From Escherichia coli (GTDB lineage: Bacteria > Pseudomonadota > Gammaproteobacteria > Enterobacterales > Enterobacteriaceae), in the NCBI RefSeq assembly GCF_003991155.1, contig NZ_CP031293.1: 64,000 bases of DNA. The stretch is one strand, 5' to 3'. This document shows, one piece after another, positions 32,442 to 46,418 of the stretch. Each line of letters begins with the position of its first letter. Positions within the stretch are counted from its first letter, which is position 1. The position numbers were made by a program, and so were the translations under genes. The notes under the pieces were generated by a model. It was given only the letters and a program-made list of their open reading frames with translations. It had not been told where the DNA came from and ran no database searches.

Positions 32442-33389
32442 ATGGAAAACAGTGACGATATCCGTTTGATTGTGAAGATTGCCCAACTCTATTACGAACA
32501 GGATATGACGCAGGCGCAAATCGCGTGCGAACTGGGTATTTACCGCACCACCATCAGCCGCTTGCTTAAACGAGGCCGCGATCAGGGAATTGTCACCATC
32601 GCCATCAACTATGACTACAACGAAAATCTCTGGCTGGAGCAGCAACTGAAGCAAAAGTTTGGCCTGAAAGACGTTGTGGTGGTGTCGGGAAATGATGAGG
32701 ATGAAGAGACTCAACTGGCGATGATGGGGTTACACGGCGCGCAACTGCTGGATCGCTTGCTGGAGCCTGGCGATATTGTCGGTTTTTCCTGGGGTCGCGC
32801 GGTGAGCGCACTGGTTGAAAACTTGCCGCAGGCGGGGCAATCGCGGCAGTTAATCTGCATACCAATTATTGGCGGCCCGTCCGGTAAACTCGAAAGCCGC
32901 TATCATGTAAACACATTAACCTACAGCGCGGCAGCGAAGTTGAAAGGGGAATCGCATCTCGCGGATTTTCCGGCTCTACTGGATAACCCCTTAATTCGTA
33001 ATGGGATCATGCAGTCTCAGCACTTTAAAACCATCTCTGCCTACTGGGATAATCTGGATGTCGCCCTGGTGGGAATTGGCTCACCGGCCATTCGCGACGG
33101 CGCTAACTGGCATGCGTTTTATGGTGGTGAAGAGAGTGACGACCTGAATGCCCGCCAGGTTGCTGGCGATATTTGCTCGCGCTTTTTTGATATTCACGGC
33201 GCAATGGTTGAAACGAATATGAGCGAAAAAACACTCTCTATCGAAATGAATAAATTAAAGCAGGCACGATATTCCATTGGCATTGCCATGAGTGAAGAAA
33301 AATACAGCGGAATTGTTGGTGCACTGCGTGGAAAATATATTAATTGTCTGGTAACGAATAGCAGCACAGCTGAACTATTACTGAAATAA
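32442..33389 (+). CDS. sorC: SorC-family transcriptional regulator of the L-sorbose operon
   Basis: Translation from internal start MENSDDIRLIVKIAQLYYEQDMTQAQIACELGIYRTTISRLLKRG (HTH) followed by sugar-binding domain; first gene of sor cluster. Confidence 0.85.
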   Translation: MENSDDIRLIVKIAQLYYEQDMTQAQIACELGIYRTTISRLLKRGRDQGIVTIAINYDYNENLWLEQQLKQKFGLKDVVVVSGNDEDEETQLAMMGLHGAQLLDRLLEPGDIVGFSWGRAVSALVENLPQAGQSRQLICIPIIGGPSGKLESRYHVNTLTYSAAAKLKGESHLADFPALLDNPLIRNGIMQSQHFKTISAYWDNLDVALVGIGSPAIRDGANWHAFYGGEESDDLNARQVAGDICSRFFDIHGAMVETNMSEKTLSIEMNKLKQARYSIGIAMSEEKYSGIVGALRGKYINCLVTNSSTAELLLK

Positions 33390-33458
33390 AAATCTTCCCG
33401 ATGTTTACCGTAATAAAAATTACGGCGGGTCCCTATTATCTAAAATCAGGAGTCTGTT

Positions 33459-34265
33459 ATGCAAACGTGGTTAAATTTGCAGAATAAAATCATTATTGTC
33501 ACCGGTGGCGCATCCGGCATTGGTCTGGCGATTGTGGATGAATTATTAGCACAAGGCGCGAATGTACAGATGGTCGATATTCACGGTGGCGATGGACAAT
33601 ATGAAGGTCATAAAGGCTATCAGTTTTGGCCGACCGATATTTCCAGCGCCAAAGAGGTAAATCATACGGTAGCAGAAATTATCCAGCGTTTTGGTCGCAT
33701 CGACGGTCTGGTCAATAACGCCGGGGTCAATTTTCCGCGTCTGCTGGTCGATGAGAAAGCGCCTGCCGGGCAGTATGAACTCAACGAAGCGGCATTCGAA
33801 AAAATGGTCAATATCAACCAGAAAGGCGTTTTTCTGATGTCGCAGGCGGTGGCGCGACAGATGGTCAAACAACATGATGGCGTGATTGTGAATGTTTCCT
33901 CAGAAAGTGGGCTGGAAGGCTCAGAAGGCCAAAGCTGTTACGCCGCGACCAAAGCCGCGCTCAATAGCTTCACGCGCTCCTGGTCGAAAGAGCTGGGTAA
34001 GCACGGTATCCGTGTGGTCGGTATCGCGCCGGGGATTCTGGAAAAAACAGGACTGCGCACGCCGGAATATGAAGAAGCGCTGGCTTGGACGCGCAATATC
34101 ACCGTCGAGCAGCTGCGTGAAGGCTATACCAAAAACGCCATTCCTATTGGGCGCGCCGGAAGATTAGCAGAAGTGGCTGATTTTGTTTGTTATCTGCTGT
34201 CTGAACGCGCCAGCTATATCACCGGAGTAACCACTAACATTGCGGGCGGCAAAACGCGCGGCTAA
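33459..34265 (+). CDS. sorD: Short-chain dehydrogenase (D-glucitol-6-phosphate dehydrogenase SorD-like)
   Basis: 268-aa SDR with TGGASGIG Rossmann motif; operon position. Confidence 0.8.
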   Translation: MQTWLNLQNKIIIVTGGASGIGLAIVDELLAQGANVQMVDIHGGDGQYEGHKGYQFWPTDISSAKEVNHTVAEIIQRFGRIDGLVNNAGVNFPRLLVDEKAPAGQYELNEAAFEKMVNINQKGVFLMSQAVARQMVKQHDGVIVNVSSESGLEGSEGQSCYAATKAALNSFTRSWSKELGKHGIRVVGIAPGILEKTGLRTPEYEEALAWTRNITVEQLREGYTKNAIPIGRAGRLAEVADFVCYLLSERASYITGVTTNIAGGKTRG

Positions 34266-34274
34266 GGAGGCTTT

Positions 34275-34682
34275 ATGGTCAATGCCATTTTTTGCGCCCA
34301 CGGCAAATTAGCCTGCGCCATGCTGGAATCGGTTCAGATGGTGTACGGCGATGCCAGGGTCGAGGCAGTTGAATTTGTGCCCGGCGAGAACGCCGGAGAC
34401 ATTGTGGCAAAGCTGGAGAAGTTAGTGAGCATTCACAATCATGACGAGTGGCTAATCGCCGTGGATTTACAGTGCGGCAGCCCGTGGAATGCGGCAGCGG
34501 TGCTTGCGATGCGCAATCCTCGTCTGCGGGTAATCAGCGGCCTTTCACTGCCGCTGGCGCTCGAACTGGTTGATAACCAGGACAGCATGAATGTTGATGA
34601 ACTGTGTGAACACCTGACGCAAATCGCAAAGCAATCCTGCGTCGTCTGGAGACAGGTGGCAACGGCAGAGGAGGATTTCTGA
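34275..34682 (+). CDS. sorF: PTS sorbose-family EIIA component
   Basis: 135-aa ORF with mannose-family EIIA N-terminus (AIFCAHGKLA); operon position. Confidence 0.8.
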   Translation: MVNAIFCAHGKLACAMLESVQMVYGDARVEAVEFVPGENAGDIVAKLEKLVSIHNHDEWLIAVDLQCGSPWNAAAVLAMRNPRLRVISGLSLPLALELVDNQDSMNVDELCEHLTQIAKQSCVVWRQVATAEEDF

Positions 34683-35176
34683 TGAACATTACGCTCGCCC
34701 GCATTGATGACCGCCTGATCCACGGTCAGGTCACTACCGTCTGGTCGAAAGTGGCTAACGCCCAGCGCATTATTATCTGCAATGACGAAGTTTATAACGA
34801 TGAAGTTCGCCGGACATTATTGCGTCAGGCTGCGCCACCGGGAATGAAGGTTAACGTGGTCAATATTGAAAAAGCCGTCGCGGTTTATCACAACCCGCAA
34901 TATCAGGACGAAACCGTTTTTTATCTTTTCACTCGCCCACAGGATGCCTTAGCGATGGTTCGCCAGGGGGTAAAAATAGGTACCCTGAATATTGGCGGTA
35001 TGGCCTGGCGTCCTGGTAAAAAACAGTTAACCAAAGCAGTTTCATTAGATGACGATGATATTAACGCATTTCATGAGTTAAATAATCTTGGCGTCATACT
35101 GGATTTACGCGTCGTAGCGTCAGATCCCTCAATCAATATTATCGACAAAATAAACGAACAGTTAATCGCAAATTAA
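34682..35176 (+). CDS. sorB: PTS sorbose-family EIIB component
   Basis: 164-aa ORF MNITLARIDDRLIHGQVTTVWSK (mannose-family EIIB motif). Confidence 0.85.
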   Translation: MNITLARIDDRLIHGQVTTVWSKVANAQRIIICNDEVYNDEVRRTLLRQAAPPGMKVNVVNIEKAVAVYHNPQYQDETVFYLFTRPQDALAMVRQGVKIGTLNIGGMAWRPGKKQLTKAVSLDDDDINAFHELNNLGVILDLRVVASDPSINIIDKINEQLIAN

Positions 35177-35241
35177 ATAATAGCGCCTGTGTACATATGC
35201 TTTAACAGGCAGGGATGACGACACTTAAAAGGTGACAAATC

Positions 35242-36039
35242 ATGGAAATAAGTACCCTACAAATTATTGCTATATTTCTTTTTTCCTGTATTGCCGGAAT
35301 GGGCAGCGTGCTGGATGAATTTCAGACTCATCGTCCGTTAATTGCCTGTACGGTGATTGGTTTAATTCTCGGTGATTTAAAAACCGGAATTATGCTCGGT
35401 GGTACGCTGGAATTGATAGCTCTCGGCTGGATGAACGTCGGCGCGGCGCAATCTCCGGATTCTGCACTCGCCAGCATAATCTCCGCCATTCTGGTTATCG
35501 TTGGTCAGCAAAGCATCGCCACCGGAATCGCCATCGCGTTGCCTGTGGCTGCGGCAGGCCAGGTGCTAACGGTGTTTGCCCGTACCATCACCGTAGTGTT
35601 CCAGCACGCGGCGGATAAAGCAGCGGAAGAAGCACGGTTTCGCACTCTCGATATTCTGCATGTCTCCGCGCTTGGCGTGCAGGCACTGCGCGTTGCTATT
35701 CCGGCACTGATTGTCTCGCTGTTCGTCAGCGCCGATATGGTGAGCAATATGCTGAGCGCCATTCCCGAATTTGTGACCCGTGGACTGCAGATTGCTGGCG
35801 GTTTTATCGTGGTGGTCGGTTACGCCATGGTGCTTCGCATGATGGGCGTGAAATATTTGATGCCTTTCTTTTTCCTCGGTTTCCTCGCAGGTGGCTACCT
35901 CGATCTCAGTCTGCTGGCGTTCGGTGGCGTCGGCGTGATCATGGCCCTGCTCTACATCCAGTTAAATCCACAGTGGCGTAAAGCTGAACCACATCCCCAG
36001 ACCACCACTATCACCGCCCTTGACCAACTTGATGATTAA
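35242..36039 (+). CDS. sorA: PTS sorbose-family EIIC component
   Basis: 265-aa polytopic membrane ORF. Confidence 0.85.
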   Translation: MEISTLQIIAIFLFSCIAGMGSVLDEFQTHRPLIACTVIGLILGDLKTGIMLGGTLELIALGWMNVGAAQSPDSALASIISAILVIVGQQSIATGIAIALPVAAAGQVLTVFARTITVVFQHAADKAAEEARFRTLDILHVSALGVQALRVAIPALIVSLFVSADMVSNMLSAIPEFVTRGLQIAGGFIVVVGYAMVLRMMGVKYLMPFFFLGFLAGGYLDLSLLAFGGVGVIMALLYIQLNPQWRKAEPHPQTTTITALDQLDD

Positions 36040-36049
36040 CGGAGCCATC

Positions 36050-36874
36050 ATGGAACAGAGAAAAATTACACGCAGCGATCTGGTGAGCATGTTTCTGCGC
36101 TCCAACCTGCAACAGGCATCCTTTAACTTTGAACGTATTCACGGGCTGGGTTTTTGCTACGACATGATCCCCGCCATCAAACGACTTTACCCATTAAAAG
36201 AGGATCAGGTTGCGGCGCTCAGGCGACACCTGGTGTTCTTCAATACCACGCCAGCCGTATGTGGCCCGGTCATCGGCGTCACTGCCGCCATGGAAGAGGC
36301 GCGAGCCAACGGCGCGGAAATTGATGACGGTACCATTAACGGCATCAAAGTAGGTCTGATGGGACCATTGGCAGGAGTTGGCGATCCACTGGTCTGGGGA
36401 ACGCTGCGCCCGATTACCGCCGCGCTCGGCGCATCTCTGGCACTTTCGGGCAACATTCTCGGCCCCCTGCTGTTCTTCTTTATTTTCAATGCAGTACGTC
36501 TGGCAATGAAATGGTATGGGCTGCAACTGGGCTTTCGTAAAGGGGTGAATATCGTCAGCGATATGGGCGGTAATTTGCTGCAAAAACTGACCGAAGGCGC
36601 GTCGATTCTCGGGCTGTTTGTAATGGGCGTACTGGTGACCAAATGGACATCGATCAACGTGCCGTTAGTGGTTTCACAAACGCCTGCCGCCGATGGTGCC
36701 ACCGTCACTATGACCGTACAGAACATTCTCGACCAGCTTTGCCCTGGATTGCTGGCGCTCGGTTTGACGCTGCTGATGGTACGTCTGCTCAACAAAAAAA
36801 TTAACCCGGTATGGCTGATTTTCGCCCTGTTTGGTTTAGGGATTATCGGTAATGCGCTGGGCTTCCTGTCCTGA
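36050..36874 (+). CDS. sorM: PTS sorbose-family EIID component
   Basis: Membrane ORF from ATG 36050 (GGAG RBS), 274 aa; typical EIID. Confidence 0.85.
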   Translation: MEQRKITRSDLVSMFLRSNLQQASFNFERIHGLGFCYDMIPAIKRLYPLKEDQVAALRRHLVFFNTTPAVCGPVIGVTAAMEEARANGAEIDDGTINGIKVGLMGPLAGVGDPLVWGTLRPITAALGASLALSGNILGPLLFFFIFNAVRLAMKWYGLQLGFRKGVNIVSDMGGNLLQKLTEGASILGLFVMGVLVTKWTSINVPLVVSQTPAADGATVTMTVQNILDQLCPGLLALGLTLLMVRLLNKKINPVWLIFALFGLGIIGNALGFLS

Positions 36875-36925
36875 TTCTTCGCCCCGGCGCAACCGTCGGG
36901 GCCATCGTTCAACATGAGGTGGTTT

Positions 36926-38155
36926 ATGAAAACAACAGCTCTGCGTCTTTATGGTAAACGTGATTTACGCCTGGAAACCTTTGACCTTCCTGAAATGCAG
37001 GAGGATGAAATCCTCGCAACGGTGGTCACTGACAGCCTGTGCCTCTCTTCCTGGAAAGAGGCCAATCTGGGGGAAAACCATAAAAAAGTACCCGACGATG
37101 TGGCGACCAATCCCATCATCATCGGCCACGAATTTTGCGGCGATATTCTGGCCGTGGGTAAAAAGTGGCAGCACAAATTCCAGCCGGGTCAGCGTTATGT
37201 GATTCAGGCCAACCTGCAACTCCCCGACCGCCCGGACTGCCCCGGCTACTCCTTCCCGTGGGTAGGCGGCGAAGCGACGCATGTGGTTATTCCCAACGAG
37301 GTCATGGAACAAGATTGCCTGCTGGCATACGACGGCGAAACCTATTTTGAAGGCTCGCTGGTTGAACCGCTTTCCTGCGTGATTGGCGCGTTCAACGCCA
37401 ACTATCATCTTCAGGAAGGTAGTTATAACCACACGATGGGGATTCGCCCGCAAGGGCGCACGCTGATCCTCGGCGGCACCGGACCAATGGGACTGTTGGC
37501 GATTGATTATGCGCTACATGGACCCGTTAACCCTTCGCTGCTCGTCATTACCGATACCGACAACGACAAATTGAGTTATGCGCGCAAGCACTATCCATCA
37601 GAACCGCAAACACTGATTCATTATCTCAATGCCACCGATGCAGCATTTGATACGTTAATGGCGCTGAGTGGCGGTCACGGCTTCGATGATATTTTCGTCT
37701 TTGTGCCTAATGAAGGACTGGTGACTCTCGCCTCTTCCTTGCTGGCGACAGATGGTTGCCTGAATTTCTTCGCCGGACCGCAGGATAAGCACTTCAGCGC
37801 GCCAATTAATTTCTACGATGTGCATTATGCATTTACCCACTACGTAGGCACGTCAGGCGGCAATACCGACGACATGCGCGCAGCGGTCAAATTGATTGAA
37901 GAGAAAAAAGTGCAGGCCGCAAAAGTGGTAACACATATTCTTGGGCTGAATGCCGCGGGCGAAACCACGCTTGAATTGCCTGCCGTCGGCGGCGGGAAAA
38001 AACTGGTGTATACCGGGAAATATCTGCCGCTGACATCACTCACGCAGATTCAGGATGAAGAACTGGCGGCGATTCTGGCGCGTCATCAGGGAGTCTGGTC
38101 CGGCGAGGCGGAGCAGTACCTGCTCGCCCATGCAGAGGCGATTTCCCATGATTAA
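36926..38155 (+). CDS. sorE: Zinc-type alcohol dehydrogenase family, L-sorbose-1-phosphate reductase-like
   Basis: 409-aa ORF from MKTTALRLYGKRDLRLETFDLPE...; MDR/ADH family features; operon position. Confidence 0.8.
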   Translation: MKTTALRLYGKRDLRLETFDLPEMQEDEILATVVTDSLCLSSWKEANLGENHKKVPDDVATNPIIIGHEFCGDILAVGKKWQHKFQPGQRYVIQANLQLPDRPDCPGYSFPWVGGEATHVVIPNEVMEQDCLLAYDGETYFEGSLVEPLSCVIGAFNANYHLQEGSYNHTMGIRPQGRTLILGGTGPMGLLAIDYALHGPVNPSLLVITDTDNDKLSYARKHYPSEPQTLIHYLNATDAAFDTLMALSGGHGFDDIFVFVPNEGLVTLASSLLATDGCLNFFAGPQDKHFSAPINFYDVHYAFTHYVGTSGGNTDDMRAAVKLIEEKKVQAAKVVTHILGLNAAGETTLELPAVGGGKKLVYTGKYLPLTSLTQIQDEELAAILARHQGVWSGEAEQYLLAHAEAISHD

Positions 38156-38960
38156 TCGCGATACTCAACTCTGCATGTCGCTGGCCGGCTGCCCCGGTAA
38201 CTTCGGCACGCGTTTTCACAATTATCTTTATGAAAAGCTGGGGCTGAATTTCATCTATAAAGCGTTCACCACCCAGGATATTGCAGCGGCGGTGAAAGGG
38301 GTTCGCGCGTTGGGTATTCGCGGTTGCGCTGTGTCGATGCCGTTTAAAGAAAGCTGCATGCCTTTTCTCGACGCGATCGATCCGTCGGCGAAGGTCATTG
38401 ATTCCGTGAATACCATCGTGAATGACGACGGCAGGCTGACCGGGTTTAACACCGACTATATCGCGGTGAAAAGCCTGATTACCCACCACCAGCTCAATAC
38501 CACCACGCGAGTGATGATTCGCGGCAGTGGCGGCATGGGCAAAGCGGTGATTGCCGCCTTTCGCGACGCGGGGTTTACGGATGTTATCATTGCCGCCCGC
38601 AACCGCGAGAGCGGCCCGGCGCTGGCGAAGCAGTATGGGTTTCAGTGGCAACCGCAGCCGGAAGGCATCGCCTGCGACATTCTGGTCAACGTGACGCCCG
38701 TTGGCATGAGCGGCGGTAAAGAGAGCCATGAGCTGGCCTTCAGCGAAGCGATGGTCTCAACGGCAAGCGTCGTTTTTGATGTCGTGGCCTTGCCGCCGGA
38801 AACGCCGCTCATTCGCCTGGCGCAACGGCTTGATAAGCAGACGATTAGCGGTGCGGAGGTGATTGCTTTACAGGCCGTCGAGCAGTTCGCAATGTATACC
38901 GGCGTACGGCCTGATGCGCAACTGATTGCTGAGGCGGCACAATTTGCACGAGAAGGATAA
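38148..38960 (+). CDS. Shikimate 5-dehydrogenase-like protein (AroE/YdiB family paralog)
   Basis: About 270-aa ORF from MINRDTQLCMSLAG...; motifs VSMPFKES and NTDY match the AroE family (VTVPFKEE, NTDG); start overlaps sorE stop by 8 nt. Confidence 0.75.
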   Translation: MINRDTQLCMSLAGCPGNFGTRFHNYLYEKLGLNFIYKAFTTQDIAAAVKGVRALGIRGCAVSMPFKESCMPFLDAIDPSAKVIDSVNTIVNDDGRLTGFNTDYIAVKSLITHHQLNTTTRVMIRGSGGMGKAVIAAFRDAGFTDVIIAARNRESGPALAKQYGFQWQPQPEGIACDILVNVTPVGMSGGKESHELAFSEAMVSTASVVFDVVALPPETPLIRLAQRLDKQTISGAEVIALQAVEQFAMYTGVRPDAQLIAEAAQFAREG

Positions 38961-39082
38961 GAAACATCAGCGCCTTGTTTGCCACGCCAGAAGCAATGCG
39001 CAACATCGTGAGCCATGTCAGTAAGCGGTTAAAATCACAGTGGTAGCATGGCTCCCGTGATTTCTTACTAACCGGAGAAGTA

Positions 39083-39772
39083 ATGGAACTGCTTTTATTG
39101 AGTAACTCGACGCTGCCGGGTAAAGCCTGGCTGGAACACGCGCTGCCGCTGATTGCTGAACAGTTGCAGGGTCGCCGTTCAGCGGTATTTATTCCTTTCG
39201 CTGGCGTAACGCAGACCTGGGATGATTACACAGCGAAAACGGCTGCGGTTCTCGCTCCGCTGGGTGTTTCTGTCACCGGTATTCATAGCGTTGTCGATCC
39301 CGTTGCCGCGATTGAAAATGCTGAGATCGTGATTGTCGGCGGCGGGAATACTTTCCAGTTGCTGAAACAGTGCCGCGAGCGCGGGCTGCTGGCACCAATT
39401 ACTGACGTGGTGAAACGTGGCGCGCTGTATATTGGCTGGAGCGCAGGCGCTAACCTTGCTTGCCCAACCATTCGTACCACCAACGATATGCCGATTGTCG
39501 ATCCGCAAGGTTTCGATGCGCTGAATCTGTTCCCGTTGCAAATCAACCCGCACTTCACCAACGCGCTGCCGGAAGGCCATAAAGGTGAAACGCGTGAGCA
39601 GCGTATTCGCGAACTGCTGGTCGTCGCGCCAGAACTCACAATTATTGGTCTACCGGAAGGTAACTGGATCACGGTGAGTAAAGGTCACGCTACGCTGGGT
39701 GGCCCGAACACCACTTATGTGTTTAAGGCTGGTGAAGAAGCGGTGCCGCTGGAAGCGGGTCACCGTTTTTAA
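39083..39772 (+). CDS. pepE: Peptidase E (alpha-aspartyl dipeptidase)
   Basis: 229-aa [33 protein letters not shown]... Confidence 0.95.
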
Positions 39773-39779
39773 GTGAATT

Positions 39780-39860
39780 GCCGGATGCATAATCCGGCAT
39801 CTTGTTCATCGTGCCTGATGCGACGCTTTACGCGTCTTATCAGGCCTACAGGGTCACGGT
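39780..39860. repeat. REP-like palindromic elements between convergent pepE and yjbB
   Basis: GCCGGATGCATAATCCGGC and CTGATGCGACGC...GCGTCTTATCAGGCCTAC motifs. Confidence 0.6.
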
Positions 39861-39861
39861 A

Positions 39862-41493
39862 TTAATACTCGTCCCGTCCTTCGTCTTCATCCGGCTGTTC
39901 CAGCACACTGTAAGCCACCGAACAAAACAGCGAGTTCAGACGCTGCATATCTCCCAGTAAGCCTAAATGTAGCGAACTGGTTTCAATGCTTTGCACGTTT
40001 TGCTGATGCAGGCGATCGACGTGAGCATGGGAATAACGGCGATTAAGAATGCGAAAGCGATGCTTGCTGCGGCGCAAACGACGGGCGCTGGTAACATCGC
40101 CAGAGAAGAAAACCGACATTGCCAGTTTTAAATTACTGAGCAATTGCTCATAGAGCGCATCCAGTTCCTTCAAGCCATCAAGCGAAAATGCCCGCCGTGC
40201 TGCCAGCGATTTATCGGCAATTTCGCTCCCCATGCGCTCGACGATATCGGAGGCCTGTTCAAGGTTGAGCGACATTTCGATGATCTCCGCCCAGCGGCGC
40301 GACTCTTCCTCCGCCAGCTCTTCTTTTGGCATCCGCGCCAGATACAGCTTAATGGCGGTATAGAGAACGTTGATATCATCTGCCAGCTTACGCAGCTCTT
40401 TCTCCTGCCGTGGCTCGCCGTGCATCACTTTATTCAGCCCTTCCATCATCTGTTCCATGGCGTCGCCAATGCGCAGGGTTTCGCGCGCGGCGTTCGCCAG
40501 AGCAAGCGTGGGCGTATCCAGCGCGCTGACATCCAGATGTTTGGGTCGTAGCTGGGTATCCAGTTCCGGTTCATCGCGAATAATCGTTTTGCAAAACCGT
40601 GCCATCGGGTCAACAAATGGCAGCATGACCAGGCAGCGTACAAGGTTGTAGAAGACGTGGAAATAGATCACCAGTTCCGCTTTTGGCAGTGGCAACTTCC
40701 CCATTGTCTCTGCCAGCAAATGGACAAACGGCAGGATAATCAGGCTACCCACCAGCTTAAACAGCAGGCTACCCAGCGCGACACGGCGGGCTGCGGCATT
40801 GGCGGCACTGTTGTTGAGCATCGCCAGCAGACCGGAACCGAGGTTAGCACCAATCACCAGACAGAGCGCCACGGGGAAGGAGATAATGCCTGCGGCGGTC
40901 AGAGTCGCGGTCAGCAGTACAGCAGCAAGGCTGGAGTAGCTGATAATGGCGAACATCGCGCCAATCAGCGCATCCAGCAGAATATCGCCGGTCAGCGAGG
41001 CAAAGATCACCTGAACGCCGTTTGCCTGGGTGATCGGCGTTACGGCCTGCACAATCAACTCCAGCGCCAGCAAAATCAGCCCAAGACCAATACCGACGCG
41101 GCCCAGTTGCCCGGCGCGTGACTGTTTGCGTCCGAGGAAAAAAATCACGCCGATAAAAATAAGTAACGGTGACAGCCAGGATAAGTCGAAGGTGAGAATA
41201 CGCGCCATTAGCGCCGTCCCGACATCTGCACCCAGCACAATCACCAGAGCCGGTGCGAGGGCTACCAGATCCTGAGCGACAAACGAGGTCACCAGCATGG
41301 TGGTGGCATTACTGCTCTGCACCAGTGCGGTAACGCCTATCCCCGCGCAAAAGGCGAGCGGCTTCTTTTCGACGCTTCGGCTAAGAACAGTACGCAGACG
41401 CGCGCCGAAGACGCGCATTACGCCGGTTCGAACAATATGAGTCCCCCAGACCAGCAGGGCGACGGCAGAAAGCAGGTGAAGCAAAGTTAGCAC
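39862..41493 (-). CDS. yjbB: Na+/phosphate symporter family protein YjbB
   Basis: 543-aa polytopic ORF MLTLLHLLSAVALLVWGTHIVRTGVMRVFG... with C-terminal PhoU-like region. Confidence 0.93.
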   Translation of the reverse strand: MLTLLHLLSAVALLVWGTHIVRTGVMRVFGARLRTVLSRSVEKKPLAFCAGIGVTALVQSSNATTMLVTSFVAQDLVALAPALVIVLGADVGTALMARILTFDLSWLSPLLIFIGVIFFLGRKQSRAGQLGRVGIGLGLILLALELIVQAVTPITQANGVQVIFASLTGDILLDALIGAMFAIISYSSLAAVLLTATLTAAGIISFPVALCLVIGANLGSGLLAMLNNSAANAAARRVALGSLLFKLVGSLIILPFVHLLAETMGKLPLPKAELVIYFHVFYNLVRCLVMLPFVDPMARFCKTIIRDEPELDTQLRPKHLDVSALDTPTLALANAARETLRIGDAMEQMMEGLNKVMHGEPRQEKELRKLADDINVLYTAIKLYLARMPKEELAEEESRRWAEIIEMSLNLEQASDIVERMGSEIADKSLAARRAFSLDGLKELDALYEQLLSNLKLAMSVFFSGDVTSARRLRRSKHRFRILNRRYSHAHVDRLHQQNVQSIETSSLHLGLLGDMQRLNSLFCSVAYSVLEQPDEDEGRDEY

Positions 41494-41663
41494 GGAATCA
41501 GGTTCTCCTTTTTGTTATGCATTTTCCTGTTAAGATTTTTCTAATCACGTTATTTTTATCCAGGCATTTCTCTTGTATGTACTTTCAGTATAAGAGATTT
41601 ATACAAGAAAGCATTTAAAAAGGCATTTATATAAAAATCCACCTGTATCTGTTGCTATTTCTG

Positions 41664-42113
41664 TCACACTTTCCCCTGTCGTTTACACCAGATAATCGTT
41701 GTCACTTTTGTGACCTCTGAGAAGATAAACAACGAAATATTTAAGACCAGATCCTGTGAATGAAAATAATTAAGTAACAACGGTATTACGGAGATTGAAC
41801 AGCTTACGGTAGCAAAACGCATAAACTCCTGAATCGCCAAAAAAGAGAAACTAAATAATTCTTGTCTTAAAAAACATTGCGCAGAAAAGAATAAAGAGAA
41901 CAATAATACTATTTGTAGCGTAACAGTGGCGACTGCATAAGCGTAAAAACCGCCTTCAACACCGATATCCTTAAGTAAAGAAAGTGAATGAACGATATCG
42001 GAATAAAAAGGGATACGACCATTACCAAGCGAGTAGAACAAATATGTGGCTATCGCGATAACATCCATGACACCCCAAAAAAGAAGAATGTATTTTTTAT
42101 ATTGACGTTGCAT
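41664..42113 (-). CDS. Hypothetical small membrane protein (about 4 predicted TM helices), AT-rich
   Basis: 149-aa ORF in a ~30% GC islet; hydrophobic segments; no family recognised. Confidence 0.5.
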   Translation of the reverse strand: MQRQYKKYILLFWGVMDVIAIATYLFYSLGNGRIPFYSDIVHSLSLLKDIGVEGGFYAYAVATVTLQIVLLFSLFFSAQCFLRQELFSFSFLAIQEFMRFATVSCSISVIPLLLNYFHSQDLVLNISLFIFSEVTKVTTIIWCKRQGKV

Positions 42114-42155
42114 AAAGTAAATCCTTTTTACGAAAACAAATATTACCAGGAATTA

Positions 42156-42482
42156 TTATAATTGCGGGCGTTTTTGGATTAACACTCCACCCGTATTTTT
42201 AAAAATCCTGTCAGCCATACCTTCACTAAACAAGACATCGATACGCCCTTTACTTTTATCGTGATACAGAATACTGCATGAGATACACCTTATACCCTCT
42301 TTGGATTTACGAAAATCTAACCAAAAACGACCATCATAAAAGACCCACTCCACACCTGTTTTTATATTAATTATCCAATCATTATAACCTGTTGGTTTTT
42401 TTCCTAATAGTTCAGTAACTTCGGACTCTGAACATCCTTCGAAAGCAAAAAAATCTATTTCATCGATTTTTATCATGTTCAA
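42156..42482 (-). CDS. Hypothetical small soluble protein (108 aa), AT-rich
   Basis: 108-aa ORF immediately upstream (same strand) of the membrane ORF; atypical codon usage. Confidence 0.5.
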   Translation of the reverse strand: MNMIKIDEIDFFAFEGCSESEVTELLGKKPTGYNDWIINIKTGVEWVFYDGRFWLDFRKSKEGIRCISCSILYHDKSKGRIDVLFSEGMADRIFKNTGGVLIQKRPQL

Positions 42483-42535
42483 TAATCCATTATTTATGAC
42501 ATTAAAAACCGGGGCAAATACCCCGGTGTTATCAC

Positions 42536-46219
<3,684 letters not shown>

Positions 46220-46418
46220 ACTTGCTCCCGACACGCTCAACCCAGATTTAATAAAAATTCAACAAACCATACTGGCATAAACGCATCTGTGGTAAAAGCA
46301 ACCACTACCCAACATGAGATTTGTTCAACATTAACTCATCGGATCAGTTCAGCAACTATTGCATTAGCTAACAATAAAAATGAAAATGATTTCCACGATA
46401 CAGAAAAAGGAGACTGTC

